Position numbers and translations under genes: made by a program
The notes under the pieces: model-generated
The model's input: only the letters and a program-made list of their open reading frames with translations
What the model was told of the DNA's origin: nothing
Databases searched by the model: none
In this document: positions 21,118 through 30,441 of the stretch, piece by piece
Position numbering within the stretch: position 1 is the first letter of the stretch
How the letters are laid out: every line of letters starts with the position of its first letter
From: a virus
Strand: one strand, 5' to 3'
IMG/VR virus record: IMGVR_UViG_3300046703_000335
Location: 24,336-88,335 of that record
DNA length: 64,000 nt

Positions 21118-23118
21118 TTAACCCTTTTGTAATTCCCTTAAACAATTGCCACAAAGACGAAAATTAACATAATATGCTGGGACATTCCGTTGATTAAACT
21201 GAATGTCACCAAGTCTATCCATAACAGCAACAAACCAGGGATTTTTTATCAATGCAATTGGGTCAATGTCATCCAAAATTGAATTCCCAAAATACTGTGT
21301 TGAAGATAAATTTAAATATTTTTTTATTTGGTCCGGAATAAGGGAGAGTTCTTCTTCTTTAATTTCAAAGAATGCTCTGAAGATATCCCAGTCAAGAAAT
21401 TGCAATGTATAAAAATGTCGGGCTATAGCATCATCACAATAGCAGCATAAGTGCTTATATCCCTTTATGGTCGAAGAAGGATATGAAAAAGATCGATCGT
21501 CACTTGAATAGTAATGCTGATGCAATTGTGTATAGCCAGTTAAACGGAAAGTATTTAAATAGGAGCCATGCTCATTTTTTACTTTTTTATCTATAGAATT
21601 TAGTATCGTGGTATCTATATAACCTTGTTCATTAGCTTTAGATACTGTACCAAACTGACGATATACTCGAAGTGGGTAAGTTAAATTTTTCAAGCTTTTC
21701 TGGGCTAAAAATTTTAAACCTTTATTAGTTATAAATGAAGCGAGCTCTTCAGAAACATTATTATGATTTTTCTTAAAATCTTCAAGCCACATCTCTTGGA
21801 GCGCTTCAGCTCTATTAAGTCTATTTCTAAATATTATTGATCGTCTCAAATGTTCTATAGAAGTCAAGCTACCTTGGGACAATCCCGACAAGTCAGTAGC
21901 TTGTACCATAGGGAGTTCCGCTTCAACTCCCTTTAAGGTATCTGATACATCATCCACACCAGCTTTATCCGGAGACCATGAGATATCCAAAGCACCAAGT
22001 GCGGGTAATAAAGATGCAGCAATCGCTGGAACATTCTCTGTAGAACCTTTCAAGAGCTGGTCTACGAACCCAGCACAGGATGTATTTGATATTTTTGATG
22101 CAAATTCCTGATCCTTAAAAAATGTAATGCAGTTATCGACAAAAGCATACGTATATAGCACAGTATGTGGAGAGCATTTAGTAAGTTCCCCTATGGATGT
22201 AAAGACGCTTTCTTCAAATATATTAACTGCTTTACTTGTAGTTTCCCCCGCAAAAAAGTTCATTACAATCTCTACAGGGAGATAGCATGTCTCGTACTTA
22301 CGATCAAGCCAAGCATCCTTACCAACAGTACCATTTGATTTATTTCTATAGTACTGATCTCGAAAAGAGTGCTTAGAATTTTCTACGAGGTATGCATAAC
22401 CTTTTTGACGAAATAGTACATAAAAAGCAGTCTCTGCATGATTACCATAGGGGACATTTGCAATAATATACACCCCAGGTTTAGCCCTATTAGCAAATGC
22501 GATTATTTGCTCTGGTTTATCTGTATAAAAAATATGGGTATTAAGTACTAATTCCGTGTCAAAAGGATGTTCTTCGCTTATAGGTATTTTAGATACTAAA
22601 AATTCACGACACCCATAATGATGCAAAGAGATATACATAGCATGTTTAAGTGCCTTTAAAATTTCAAATATATTCTTCCCTGAATTCAATATCTCTATAC
22701 AAGATTCATAATAAATACCTAAGTTTCGCATGCCCCTTTTTACATAAATTTTTAAAATATCAAGGTGTATTGTTAAATCTACGTACCTTTTAGTTTTCTC
22801 TTCAAATGCTTTGTGATCAAATTTTCTACGATGAATAAATTCCTTAGGGTCTAAGGATACCTCGTATACTTCACTAAAATAATGTAGATAAATTAATGAT
22901 TCAAAAATAAGTTGAAGAGTTAAAGAATGAAATCCACCCTTCATAACTTTAGAAAATTCTGCGTAATCAAAAGAAGGATCTCCAGCATAACCGGACATTG
23001 TACCTGTCTCATGGTATCTTGATATCTTTTCTATAATTTCTGAACCATAATCATAGAATTGTTCTCTTACTTTGTCAAGAGATTCCAACATTATTTTTAA
23101 TTCTATATTCTTTTTCAT
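21118..23118 (-). CDS. Large hypothetical protein
   Basis: 666-aa ORF ending in a CGNC Zn-ribbon-like motif. Confidence 0.35.
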   Translation of the reverse strand: MKKNIELKIMLESLDKVREQFYDYGSEIIEKISRYHETGTMSGYAGDPSFDYAEFSKVMKGGFHSLTLQLIFESLIYLHYFSEVYEVSLDPKEFIHRRKFDHKAFEEKTKRYVDLTIHLDILKIYVKRGMRNLGIYYESCIEILNSGKNIFEILKALKHAMYISLHHYGCREFLVSKIPISEEHPFDTELVLNTHIFYTDKPEQIIAFANRAKPGVYIIANVPYGNHAETAFYVLFRQKGYAYLVENSKHSFRDQYYRNKSNGTVGKDAWLDRKYETCYLPVEIVMNFFAGETTSKAVNIFEESVFTSIGELTKCSPHTVLYTYAFVDNCITFFKDQEFASKISNTSCAGFVDQLLKGSTENVPAIAASLLPALGALDISWSPDKAGVDDVSDTLKGVEAELPMVQATDLSGLSQGSLTSIEHLRRSIIFRNRLNRAEALQEMWLEDFKKNHNNVSEELASFITNKGLKFLAQKSLKNLTYPLRVYRQFGTVSKANEQGYIDTTILNSIDKKVKNEHGSYLNTFRLTGYTQLHQHYYSSDDRSFSYPSSTIKGYKHLCCYCDDAIARHFYTLQFLDWDIFRAFFEIKEEELSLIPDQIKKYLNLSSTQYFGNSILDDIDPIALIKNPWFVAVMDRLGDIQFNQRNVPAYYVNFRLCGNCLRELQKG

Positions 23119-23202
23119 ATTTTGTTACCAGGGAATATTTGAAGGTACAATGAGTATCTATAGTATAATTTAACCCTCATAGATAAAACTCCGAAACCCA
23201 AT

Positions 23203-23862
23203 TTACGATATAAGAAAATCCCAACCTTTAACAAGCCATTCTACATAAAGATCATCTTGTTTACCATACCAACCACAAGCATAGGGGGAATTAGCTTCTA
23301 CCAAAGCCATTTCTCCAGAATCCAACAATCCGAAATCCACTGCTCCACAATAACCTTTAGGAATATCTATATCTAATTCGGGAGCATCTGGAGTATTTAG
23401 CTCATCACCAGAATACCATTCTCCTGTTAGAATCTTTCCATCAGCGATATAGTATCTCCACTCATTTATAAAGGTAACGATATCTGAACACCAATAGGGG
23501 CCTCGTTTTTTCTTTCTATAGCCCCCTACTGTAATAAAACCATTAAATCTTTTATGACGATCTGCTGGCTTAATAAATACGCCCCTATTTTGGGGCCATA
23601 AAGTCGATTTCCATACTTTTCTATAAAGGTGGTCTTTTAAAAAATCAGGATAATAATCTGGTATAGTCTTTTCACTGGGTAAGAACTTTTCGCACCAATC
23701 CACCCGACCAGAAGGAATATATCCTTCTGGTCTATCTCCCAGTCTATTACAAAGTTTATAGGGGATCCTTTTTAAGATACAGTAGCTTATGATGGCTTTC
23801 TCTTCATTAGCACAGGAACCATAAACTAAATGTGATTGTAATGCAAATCCTTTAATATCCAT
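23203..23862 (-). CDS. ATP-grasp-like protein
   Basis: The C-terminal half (FIKPADRH .. GYCGAVDFGLLDSGEMALVEANSPY) resembles ATP-grasp carboxylate-amine ligases. Confidence 0.45.
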   Translation of the reverse strand: MDIKGFALQSHLVYGSCANEEKAIISYCILKRIPYKLCNRLGDRPEGYIPSGRVDWCEKFLPSEKTIPDYYPDFLKDHLYRKVWKSTLWPQNRGVFIKPADRHKRFNGFITVGGYRKKKRGPYWCSDIVTFINEWRYYIADGKILTGEWYSGDELNTPDAPELDIDIPKGYCGAVDFGLLDSGEMALVEANSPYACGWYGKQDDLYVEWLVKGWDFLIS

Positions 23863-23926
23863 TTTTCAAAAAATCCCTAATAATGTGGACTACCCGCTCA
23901 CTCTATTTTTTAAGGGGAGCATGCCT

Positions 23927-24409
23927 TCATAGTTCGATTACCCATATATCTGGATACTTTAATAAGACACCGGTAATCTCTGGAAATTCATTTATCAAAA
24001 GAGGGATATCGATAAGTTTTCCAGTATATACCGAACGAATCAACATACCAAGTGTTCTAATCTTATTTTTTACAACATCATCCCATTTACTTGAATAGTA
24101 CTCATACTCTTTTTCTGAAAAAAGAGCATCAGATATATGAATCTTATAGATACTATCTATCATAGTCACTACTCTATTAATACCTGAAGATTGTTGACAT
24201 TGATTAGTCATGAAAGATCTTGAAGTACTAATATTTAGTGATCTTATAGTGTCTATTCTGTCCATAGTACTTAATGCAGAATAATCAAAAAATTTAAGCT
24301 CAGCATGCTTTTTCAGAATATTATATATTTTAAATTCTGTTAAATGAGGACTATTCTGCCCAAATACTAAGGCTACCGCATGGTAGTTAAACTCATCATT
24401 GTTATCCAT
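23927..24409 (-). CDS. Hypothetical protein
   Basis: ORF only. Confidence 0.3.
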   Translation of the reverse strand: MDNNDEFNYHAVALVFGQNSPHLTEFKIYNILKKHAELKFFDYSALSTMDRIDTIRSLNISTSRSFMTNQCQQSSGINRVVTMIDSIYKIHISDALFSEKEYEYYSSKWDDVVKNKIRTLGMLIRSVYTGKLIDIPLLINEFPEITGVLLKYPDIWVIEL

Positions 24410-24416
24410 GCTATAC

Positions 24417-24668
24417 CTACTTTAATTCCAGGTACATTTTATTACACGTAGCACAATAAGAAGCAGGTACATTTCCACCTTTAAATCCCCAATTTCTTAA
24501 AAGATTTTCAATCTTCATTACTCTTTTTCCACCACAAAGAGCTTCACGGGAATATTCTCCTGAAACAGATAGATAATAGTGCCACATACCACTCATACTA
24601 TCCACAACTTTTAATAAATGTTTTTTTTGATTCTTCTGTTTCATCTTTTTTTCTTTCGTTTCATGCAT
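24417..24668 (-). CDS. Hypothetical small protein
   Basis: ORF only. Confidence 0.25.
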   Translation of the reverse strand: MHETKEKKMKQKNQKKHLLKVVDSMSGMWHYYLSVSGEYSREALCGGKRVMKIENLLRNWGFKGGNVPASYCATCNKMYLELK

Positions 24669-24928
24669 ATCCCAAAATTTTTTTGCTTTCTAACCCATTT
24701 AACCCATTTTTGGACACTCGGTTGAGATCTAAGCAGATTTATATTATAGTAGAGATCTCTCAGCTCATTATTAGTAAAAAGCATGTGAATTTGATCTCCA
24801 CAATCGATGCAAACCAGCTCAGTATCCCTACCTCCCTTTGCTACCGGAGTAGTATGATGTTTTTCCTGATAACGTGTATCTGGGATCTCTCTACCGCACA
24901 GGGAACAGTATATTTCTTCTTTACGCAT
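24641..24928 (-). CDS. Small HNH endonuclease
   Basis: CSLCGREIP..EKHHTTPVAKGG..CIDCGDQIH (HNH with two CxxC pairs). Confidence 0.45.
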   Translation of the reverse strand: MRKEEIYCSLCGREIPDTRYQEKHHTTPVAKGGRDTELVCIDCGDQIHMLFTNNELRDLYYNINLLRSQPSVQKWVKWVRKQKNFGICMKRKKKR

Positions 24929-25204
24929 AAATCATTTAGGGATATCTTCAACTTTTTTATACCAGAATTCAAACCCCGTGACTTGAAGACCATGCTCTCT
25001 AGCTATTTCGATCAGATCATCCTCTGTGGCATCATCTTCAACTTCCATTTCCTCTGTATCAGCTTCGCTCATACCATTACATCGAGCACCAACGATTATT
25101 TTCAAGATTTTTTCTCCTAAAAAATATAAATGAGTACATCTATAATTAATATACTGTTATAAAACATGGGACAAAAGTGCTATCTATAAAATACTGAGGA
25201 TTTA

Positions 25205-25837
25205 TTACGAGAGATTAAGAGTCTTCTTAATACCTATCTGATAGTTATCTATGATCCAATCAAACTGACCTCGATAGATATTTAAGAATGCATCGATAGC
25301 AATGCGCGGGTGAGTGAATCGTAACTTTGGGTTATCTTTATTAAATTCTGCATGACTTATGTAGTGCCATGGATCTGTGGTCTCCATTTCATAATCATCA
25401 ATAAGCATTATCCCACCAACTTTTAAAAGTTTCCAGGATAATATCAAATCCTCAAGGAGATTACAGGCATTATGATCCCCATCCACATAAATAAAATCAA
25501 ATCTAAAGATATTATCCTTTATAAGATCGATAAGAACTTTTCCGGAAGGTTCCCTATAAAATATAATGTCTCCTAAATGCTGTCTTAGGTTATATTCTCC
25601 ATTTTTAGCGATATAAGGATCAATACAATGTAACATCCCCTTACTTCTGTGGATACTTTCAATACTTAAGATATTATCAATCAACCAACAGGAAGTTCTT
25701 CCCTCAAAAACTCCTATTTCTAAGAAATTCAACTGAGATTCTTCTGTATTACTAAAAAGCTGTTTGATATACGCAAAATTAGTATGATGATCGGCATTCC
25801 AAAAATTTATTTTTTTTGTAAACTTATACTTATTCAT
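25205..25837 (-). CDS. Class I SAM-dependent O-methyltransferase-like (TylF/MycF type)
   Basis: LEIGVFEGRTSCWL, IYVDGDH. Confidence 0.55.
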   Translation of the reverse strand: MNKYKFTKKINFWNADHHTNFAYIKQLFSNTEESQLNFLEIGVFEGRTSCWLIDNILSIESIHRSKGMLHCIDPYIAKNGEYNLRQHLGDIIFYREPSGKVLIDLIKDNIFRFDFIYVDGDHNACNLLEDLILSWKLLKVGGIMLIDDYEMETTDPWHYISHAEFNKDNPKLRFTHPRIAIDAFLNIYRGQFDWIIDNYQIGIKKTLNLS

Positions 25838-26312
25838 TTATTATAAATTCTCTCATTTTTGGTAAGTATTTAATTACAAAGGTATCTGTATAGTACCATT
25901 TATCTTGAAGACACCTAAGCATATAAATACTTACTTTAAATGTATAAAAATTATAAGTGTCAAGTATCGAATCCAATAGAAACTGATGAGTCTGAGAAAC
26001 TTTACAAATATCTAACTCAATTAGTCTATCTCGAGTCCAACTTATTAAGTGCTCAGATTTAAACTTATTTGCTAATGTCAGAAACATCGTCTTATCTTCA
26101 GCTAATAATTCGTATTCATCATCTTTATACATATTAGAATACATATAGAGATACCATCGATATGTCCCGGGAACCAGATCCGGAGGAATATACCCTGGAA
26201 CGTTATCATCCAATGAGCAATTCAGGTGATCAACTGATAATGCTAATAATCTATTTAAATATTCTGGATTAATCATTTCCACAGCCCTTAGGCTTGTATA
26301 TGCCTTTTTCAC
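25830..26312 (-). CDS. Hypothetical protein
   Basis: ORF only. Confidence 0.3.
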   Translation of the reverse strand: MKKAYTSLRAVEMINPEYLNRLLALSVDHLNCSLDDNVPGYIPPDLVPGTYRWYLYMYSNMYKDDEYELLAEDKTMFLTLANKFKSEHLISWTRDRLIELDICKVSQTHQFLLDSILDTYNFYTFKVSIYMLRCLQDKWYYTDTFVIKYLPKMREFIINE

Positions 26313-27144
26313 GAACTATTTTGTCATAATAATATACTGCGGGGACTCCTACTACTTCTACTCCAGTTTTAGTACGCTTGACAGTAGAATTATGGTTAAA
26401 TTCATTCCTGGCTATATTACCTATTATTTTCATATCCTCAAAGCATGCAAAGACATTCCCACCTAAAGTATGCCCCCCAATAAGTATGGTCTTATATCCT
26501 CGAGTGCATGTACAAAAATCATTACACTTTTTATATTCAAAGTCTACAAGATACCAATCTTCTCCATCATAATCCTTGACTTCATGGAAATCCTTGCCAC
26601 GATCATACCCTTTAAAATCCTGAATCTTAAAAGGTATACCAAATGCCTTCCATTTACGTTTATTTTCTTTTATTACTTCCTTATCATTATGCACCAGTAG
26701 CTCTTTAACATATACGGGGACGCCATTATCATGAAGGAAGTGTACGTTGTCTTCGTACATTTTTACTAAACTTGGAATATGACCCATCATTTTTCGATGA
26801 AAAGTAAATCCTACACGGTGTATCCTATCTTTATAGGGTAATAACCGTGCATAATTTTCACGACTCTGAAGGCCATTTGTGAGAAAATCAAAGCGTTCTA
26901 TTGAAGTCGATCGAATAACTGTGCAGATAGTATTAATATTTGTGGAGATGAAAGGCTCACCACCGTGAAAATGCATCAAAATATCTTCAGCGGGTAAAAG
27001 ATGTGTGTCCCTGAATAGTTTATATTGGTCAATTGAGAAAGATTGATGCTTTGTGTAATTAGAATAGAAACGTTCATGATGGAAGCAATAACTGCAACGG
27101 AGATTACAGTCAAAAAAAATTGGGTATGCAATAAATAGCTTCAA
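26269..27144 (-). CDS. Radical SAM enzyme (QueE-like cluster motif)
   Basis: CNLRCSYC (CxxxCxxC) at N-terminus and an HFHGGEPF SAM-binding motif. Confidence 0.65.
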   Translation of the reverse strand: MKLFIAYPIFFDCNLRCSYCFHHERFYSNYTKHQSFSIDQYKLFRDTHLLPAEDILMHFHGGEPFISTNINTICTVIRSTSIERFDFLTNGLQSRENYARLLPYKDRIHRVGFTFHRKMMGHIPSLVKMYEDNVHFLHDNGVPVYVKELLVHNDKEVIKENKRKWKAFGIPFKIQDFKGYDRGKDFHEVKDYDGEDWYLVDFEYKKCNDFCTCTRGYKTILIGGHTLGGNVFACFEDMKIIGNIARNEFNHNSTVKRTKTGVEVVGVPAVYYYDKIVREKGIYKPKGCGND

Positions 27145-27185
27145 AGTATATTATCTTTTATTTATATTATATGTTAATTTACAAA

Positions 27186-27586
27186 TGGAGGAGAGGGGAG
27201 TTGAACCCCTGTGTCAAGTATGATCCCTATTAATCTCTACATGCTTAGTTTAATTTGCACTACCCCTCTGTAAATATCAATTAAACAAAATTTTTAACAG
27301 AGTGCATTAAGTAATTTCGGTCCCCTTCTCTATTATGCTTTTCGGGTACCCTACTTCGTGATCTTTTAAGAGATCGGATCCCACGATTGTCCGATACTCT
27401 TTGCTACCTTTAATTAGGCAGCGATTGAGCTTGCAACACCTAAACTGATATTATCAGCAAAGGCGAGAGCAAACTTAACAGCATAATCTTTTGCAATTAT
27501 ACTTTAACGGATGATTTACGAGGCCAACCGTTATCCTCAACATGCAATTAATACTTCACCTACCTGATCGAAACCAGTACTCCCCC
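27186..27586 (-). ncRNA. ssrA: tmRNA (ssrA), about 401 nt, one-piece
   Basis: Minus-strand 5' end GGGGGAGTACTGGTTTCGATCAGG resembles the E. coli tmRNA 5' end. An internal CGGTTGGCCTCGTAAA block matches the PK1 region. The 3' end ..CACAGGGGTTCAACTCCCCTCTCCTCC-A forms a T-arm plus acceptor. The acceptor pairs 7/7 with the 5' GGGGGAG, including a G3-U70 pair and an A discriminator, which are alanine identity elements. Candidate tag ORF: GCA AAA GAT ... GCT GCC TAA. Confidence 0.8.
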
Positions 27587-27698
27587 AAAACGTTCAAAGA
27601 ACACTTTTAATATACATTCATGAAAAACAGGACGCCCAATTATTTATAAATTAACTTCCTAATAGAATGTTAATTCCCTGCTTCTCTCAACCCATACC

Positions 27699-27782
27699 CG
27701 CGTGTATGTGACACACTTATGGATCTTTTTATAAATACTACATTCAATCGGTACATCCCCGCGTGTATGTGGCACACACCAA
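27699..27782. repeat. Two ~20-bp direct repeats (CCGCGTGTATGTGRCACAC) 64 bp apart, upstream of tmRNA
   Basis: cccgcgtgtatgtgacacac at 27699-27718 and cccgcgtgtatgtggcacac at 27763-27782. Each has an internal GTGT..ACAC dyad. Confidence 0.5.
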
Positions 27783-28055
27783 CCTATGGTATAGTTATTC
27801 TGTAAAAACATATATGCAATGTGTTTTACTCTCACACAAATAATGGTGCGCCCAATATGTCAATGAGCATGTGTCTTATATACGCGAGACATTTCACGCT
27901 TCAACACCCCAGTTACCCGGCAGCTCAGCGCGCCCACCCCGGCAAACCTGCCGGTGAGTGTATTTATCTATGCAACACATTAAGTGCTGCATTAATGGCT
28001 ATATCATTTGTAGATTTTCATTTCAGACATGTAATCTTATGTGTAATCCCGATAT

Positions 28056-28730
28056 TTAATTAACTCTACATATTTTAAAGTCCTTCAAGCTTATAAGATA
28101 ATTTTCTTTTACACCAGTATCAACAAATCTTATTAAAGATTCTGTACCGACAATTACAGCCAAAAGTGCAGTATTGCGTGCAAGGGGATACTCACAAACA
28201 TCTATCCCTGTACCTTTTTTAGGTACACGATATCTCTCGTTCCAGGTAACTTCTGCGCAATCCTCTGATAAGCCTATGTGCATACAATCGATCTTATTAA
28301 CTAAGCAATGATCCATAACTATTTTACGACTCTCCGGATTATCAAAGCCATCAATTACTATCGAATCAGCTTTTAAAAATTTTCGAACATTGGAAGCCTC
28401 AAGTTTTTTATCGATAGGATCTATAGTAACTTTCATAACATTGAAGAGATGTGACCGGATAGCTGCAACTTTCAGTTGACCTACATCCCGACTATTCCAA
28501 ATTTGAGTATTTCGGTTATGTTCCTCTACTCTATCAAAATCGATTACAGTCATTCTCTGAAAACCCTGACGTACCAGATTATCTGCGAGGTTCGAACCGA
28601 TCGCACCTACCCCGCATAACGTGATATGCTGTGCAGCTATCTTCTTTAAAAGATCTTCCCCACGGTAAGCTCCCTCATGTACAAAAGTTTTCATTATCTC
28701 ACCTTTTTTATATTTTCTATGACATTGCAT
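28056..28730 (-). CDS. ThiF/MoeB/E1-like adenylyltransferase
   Basis: TLCGVGAIGSNLADNL Rossmann motif, VIDFDRVEEHNRNTQ, C-terminal IDVCEY cysteine. Confidence 0.7.
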   Translation of the reverse strand: MQCHRKYKKGEIMKTFVHEGAYRGEDLLKKIAAQHITLCGVGAIGSNLADNLVRQGFQRMTVIDFDRVEEHNRNTQIWNSRDVGQLKVAAIRSHLFNVMKVTIDPIDKKLEASNVRKFLKADSIVIDGFDNPESRKIVMDHCLVNKIDCMHIGLSEDCAEVTWNERYRVPKKGTGIDVCEYPLARNTALLAVIVGTESLIRFVDTGVKENYLISLKDFKICRVN

Positions 28731-29263
28731 GCAATTAAAAAATCACTAAGATAATCCAAGTTATACCTTGAAACTGCATATGTGGTCCCATTATTGTCTT
28801 GTTTTAATAATACTACCCAATGACTGAATGTCAATTCCATCCCAGGCAGAGCAGAGATATAGGGTCCCGATATAACATCCTGTTCCCAATTTGAATTTTC
28901 TTTCAATATCTTAAGAGTATGATGAATGAGATTCAGCCATTTTCTTTCCTCAAGAAGATCTTCCAAAAAAACATGAGGGTATCCTTCCCAATCATCAATA
29001 GGCTCCAATTCATATACAAAAAAGTCAGTCTCATATCCTGTTCGGGGTATTCTAACAGTATTGCTTATAGCTCGATTACCAGACAGCATTTCATTGTAAA
29101 TATTACGAATTTTAGGATGCCATTCCTTGTTTATATACAAAGGCAATTCCAATTTTTGTAAGTTACTCAGAAAGTATAAATCTTCCACCATCTGGTAACT
29201 ATTAATTCTCGTCAGATGTCTTGTTAAATTTTCAAAATCTATACTATGAGAATATGTAAACAT
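28694..29263 (-). CDS. Hypothetical protein, overlaps and is probably co-transcribed with the E1-like gene
   Basis: ORF overlapping ThiF by 37 bp. No E2-like HPN-Cys motif found. Confidence 0.3.
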   Translation of the reverse strand: MFTYSHSIDFENLTRHLTRINSYQMVEDLYFLSNLQKLELPLYINKEWHPKIRNIYNEMLSGNRAISNTVRIPRTGYETDFFVYELEPIDDWEGYPHVFLEDLLEERKWLNLIHHTLKILKENSNWEQDVISGPYISALPGMELTFSHWVVLLKQDNNGTTYAVSRYNLDYLSDFLIACNVIENIKKVR

Positions 29264-29269
29264 ATAAAA

Positions 29270-29890
29270 CTATCCCTGACAGATATTATCTCTTCTTTTT
29301 AAATTTTTTGCTGTCCCACTATTTTCTCTGCCCTGACGAACCCAAGCGATATCATGTATTGATGCAAGCGTCATAGCATTATCTCGTTCTTCATCACTTT
29401 TAAATCCATAAACTGTGTTATGGTTACCAACATTATTTCTGGGCTTATCAAACATATGATACACTGTTACGTTCTGATAGTTTTTCAGGAATTCTTGTGC
29501 CAAAGTATCAGTACCCCGTGCATCCCCAACTATAAAAGAATAATTACCTGCTATCACATTCTCTATCATAGGCTGATAGTGCTCTTTAAATTCATCAGTA
29601 GTTAAGTCTAAATGACCCGATATAAAATAGGTATGTTCTCTACTTTTTTCTTTTTCAAGCCACAAAAGATCTTCTTTGGAAATCACTTCATCAAATAAAA
29701 ACTGTGATCGATCTCCATAATCGATAACTCTACCATCCCGGGAACGACAACCTATAAGATTATTACTGTCCCATCCAGGGCATTTATCTATAAATGCATA
29801 TAGACCTTTCAATGTGGGAGGATTAATCTCTGGCATATCCTCCCAAGGAGTCACCACTGCATCATTAATAACTTTTCGATGTCGTATCAT
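29270..29890 (-). CDS. Putative SLOG/DprA-like Rossmann-fold protein
   Basis: ISGH .. FIVGDARGTD resembles the DprA/SLOG GxARGxD signature. Weak. Confidence 0.35.
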   Translation of the reverse strand: MIRHRKVINDAVVTPWEDMPEINPPTLKGLYAFIDKCPGWDSNNLIGCRSRDGRVIDYGDRSQFLFDEVISKEDLLWLEKEKSREHTYFISGHLDLTTDEFKEHYQPMIENVIAGNYSFIVGDARGTDTLAQEFLKNYQNVTVYHMFDKPRNNVGNHNTVYGFKSDEERDNAMTLASIHDIAWVRQGRENSGTAKNLKRRDNICQG

Positions 29891-29975
29891 TTTTACTCCA
29901 ATACAAAAAAGCTAATGAATGCAAATTTCTATAGTTCATTCTACTATTTAATATACTATTTTAAAATTAGCTATA

Positions 29976-30015
29976 CAATAAAAAAGAAAGGGGAAGACTT
30001 TTCCCGGTCTTCCCC
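29976..30015 (-). terminator. Rho-independent terminator
   Basis: Minus strand GGGGAAGAC-CGGGAAAA-GTCTTCCCC followed by TTTCTTTTTTATT. Confidence 0.7.
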
Positions 30016-30101
30016 CTCAAATTATATCTCACCCGAGAGTTGTAATCTCAGGATTAGATAGTGATGGTCAATAAATAATACCCTCGCCCTTTATAATAAG
30101 T

Positions 30102-30192
30102 CTCCCACTCTACCGCTGAGCTATAGACCCCCGAAGTTATCTATTACAAAATAACTTAGAGGGTCTAAATGGATTTGAACCACTGACAGGAG
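30102..30192 (-). tRNA. Candidate circularly permuted tRNA gene B. The 3' half (anticodon-stem 3' strand CTCCT, T-arm AGTGG-TTCAAAT-CCATT, acceptor TAGACCC) at 30160-30192 precedes the 5' half (GGGTCTA-TA-GCTC-AGCGGTA-GAGT-GGGAG) at 30102-30130.
   Basis: Acceptor strands pair 7/7 (GGGTCTA/TAGACCC). Anticodon-stem strands pair 5/5 (GGGAG/CTCCT). D-loop carries GG and the T-loop is TTCAAAT. The T-arm lies upstream of the D-arm on the coding strand, the reverse of a normal gene. The 29-nt linker contains a hairpin, AAGTTAT..ATAACTT. Confidence 0.5.
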
Positions 30193-30313
30193 TGTTTTAA
30201 GGCTACCTATTCTTTATTAACCACCTTCAATTTTGAATCTTGGACATTCAAAACACTAATCATCAACTTAAATCTGGTATGCAAAAAAATAAAAATAATC
30301 TTTTGCCTTTTAC

Positions 30314-30392
30314 AGAAGTACTCTACCAAACTGAGCTACCTTCTCCATATTTTTTAGGGGAGAAGGAGAGGAATCGAACCTCCGCGTCTTCT
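30314..30392 (-). tRNA. Candidate circularly permuted tRNA gene A. The 3' half (AGAAG-ACGC-GGAGG-TTCGATT-CCTCT-CCTTCTC-C) at 30359-30392 precedes the 5' half (GAGAAGG-TA-GCTC-AGTTTGGTA-GAGT-A-CTTCT) at 30314-30345. Linker is 13 nt.
   Basis: Acceptor pairs 7/7 (GAGAAGG/CCTTCTC). Anticodon stem pairs 5/5 (CTTCT/AGAAG). Canonical GTTCGATTCC T-arm and GCTCAGTTTGGTAGAG D-arm. No matching partner exists in the canonical gene order. Leader and trailer are complementary (AAAAG/CTTTT repeats) next to the anticodon stem. Confidence 0.55.
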
Positions 30393-30441
30393 GATATAGA
30401 AAAAGACAAAAGTGCTTTTAGGATAATTAACCTACTCGGGG

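Noticed and set aside
24931-25062. 44-aa acidic minus-strand ORF (MSEADTEEMEVEDD..) in the gap between the small HNH gene and the methyltransferase
   Set aside because: Below confident size. It could be real, but there is no supporting motif.
27187-27215. Orphan tRNA 3' half (T-arm plus acceptor) first read as a tRNA fragment or third permuted tRNA
   Set aside because: Reinterpreted as the 3' tRNA-like domain of the tmRNA. The matching 5' strand GGGGGAG is 400 nt upstream at 27580-27586, with tmRNA-like sequence in between.
27699-27782. Direct repeats considered as a CRISPR array
   Set aside because: Only two copies, no regular spacers and no cas genes. There is no CRISPR array in the window.
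28694-29263. 189-aa ORF overlapping the E1-like gene as a possible E2-like conjugating enzyme
   Set aside because: No HPN-like motif followed by a catalytic Cys. The single Cys is near the C-terminus. Left as hypothetical.
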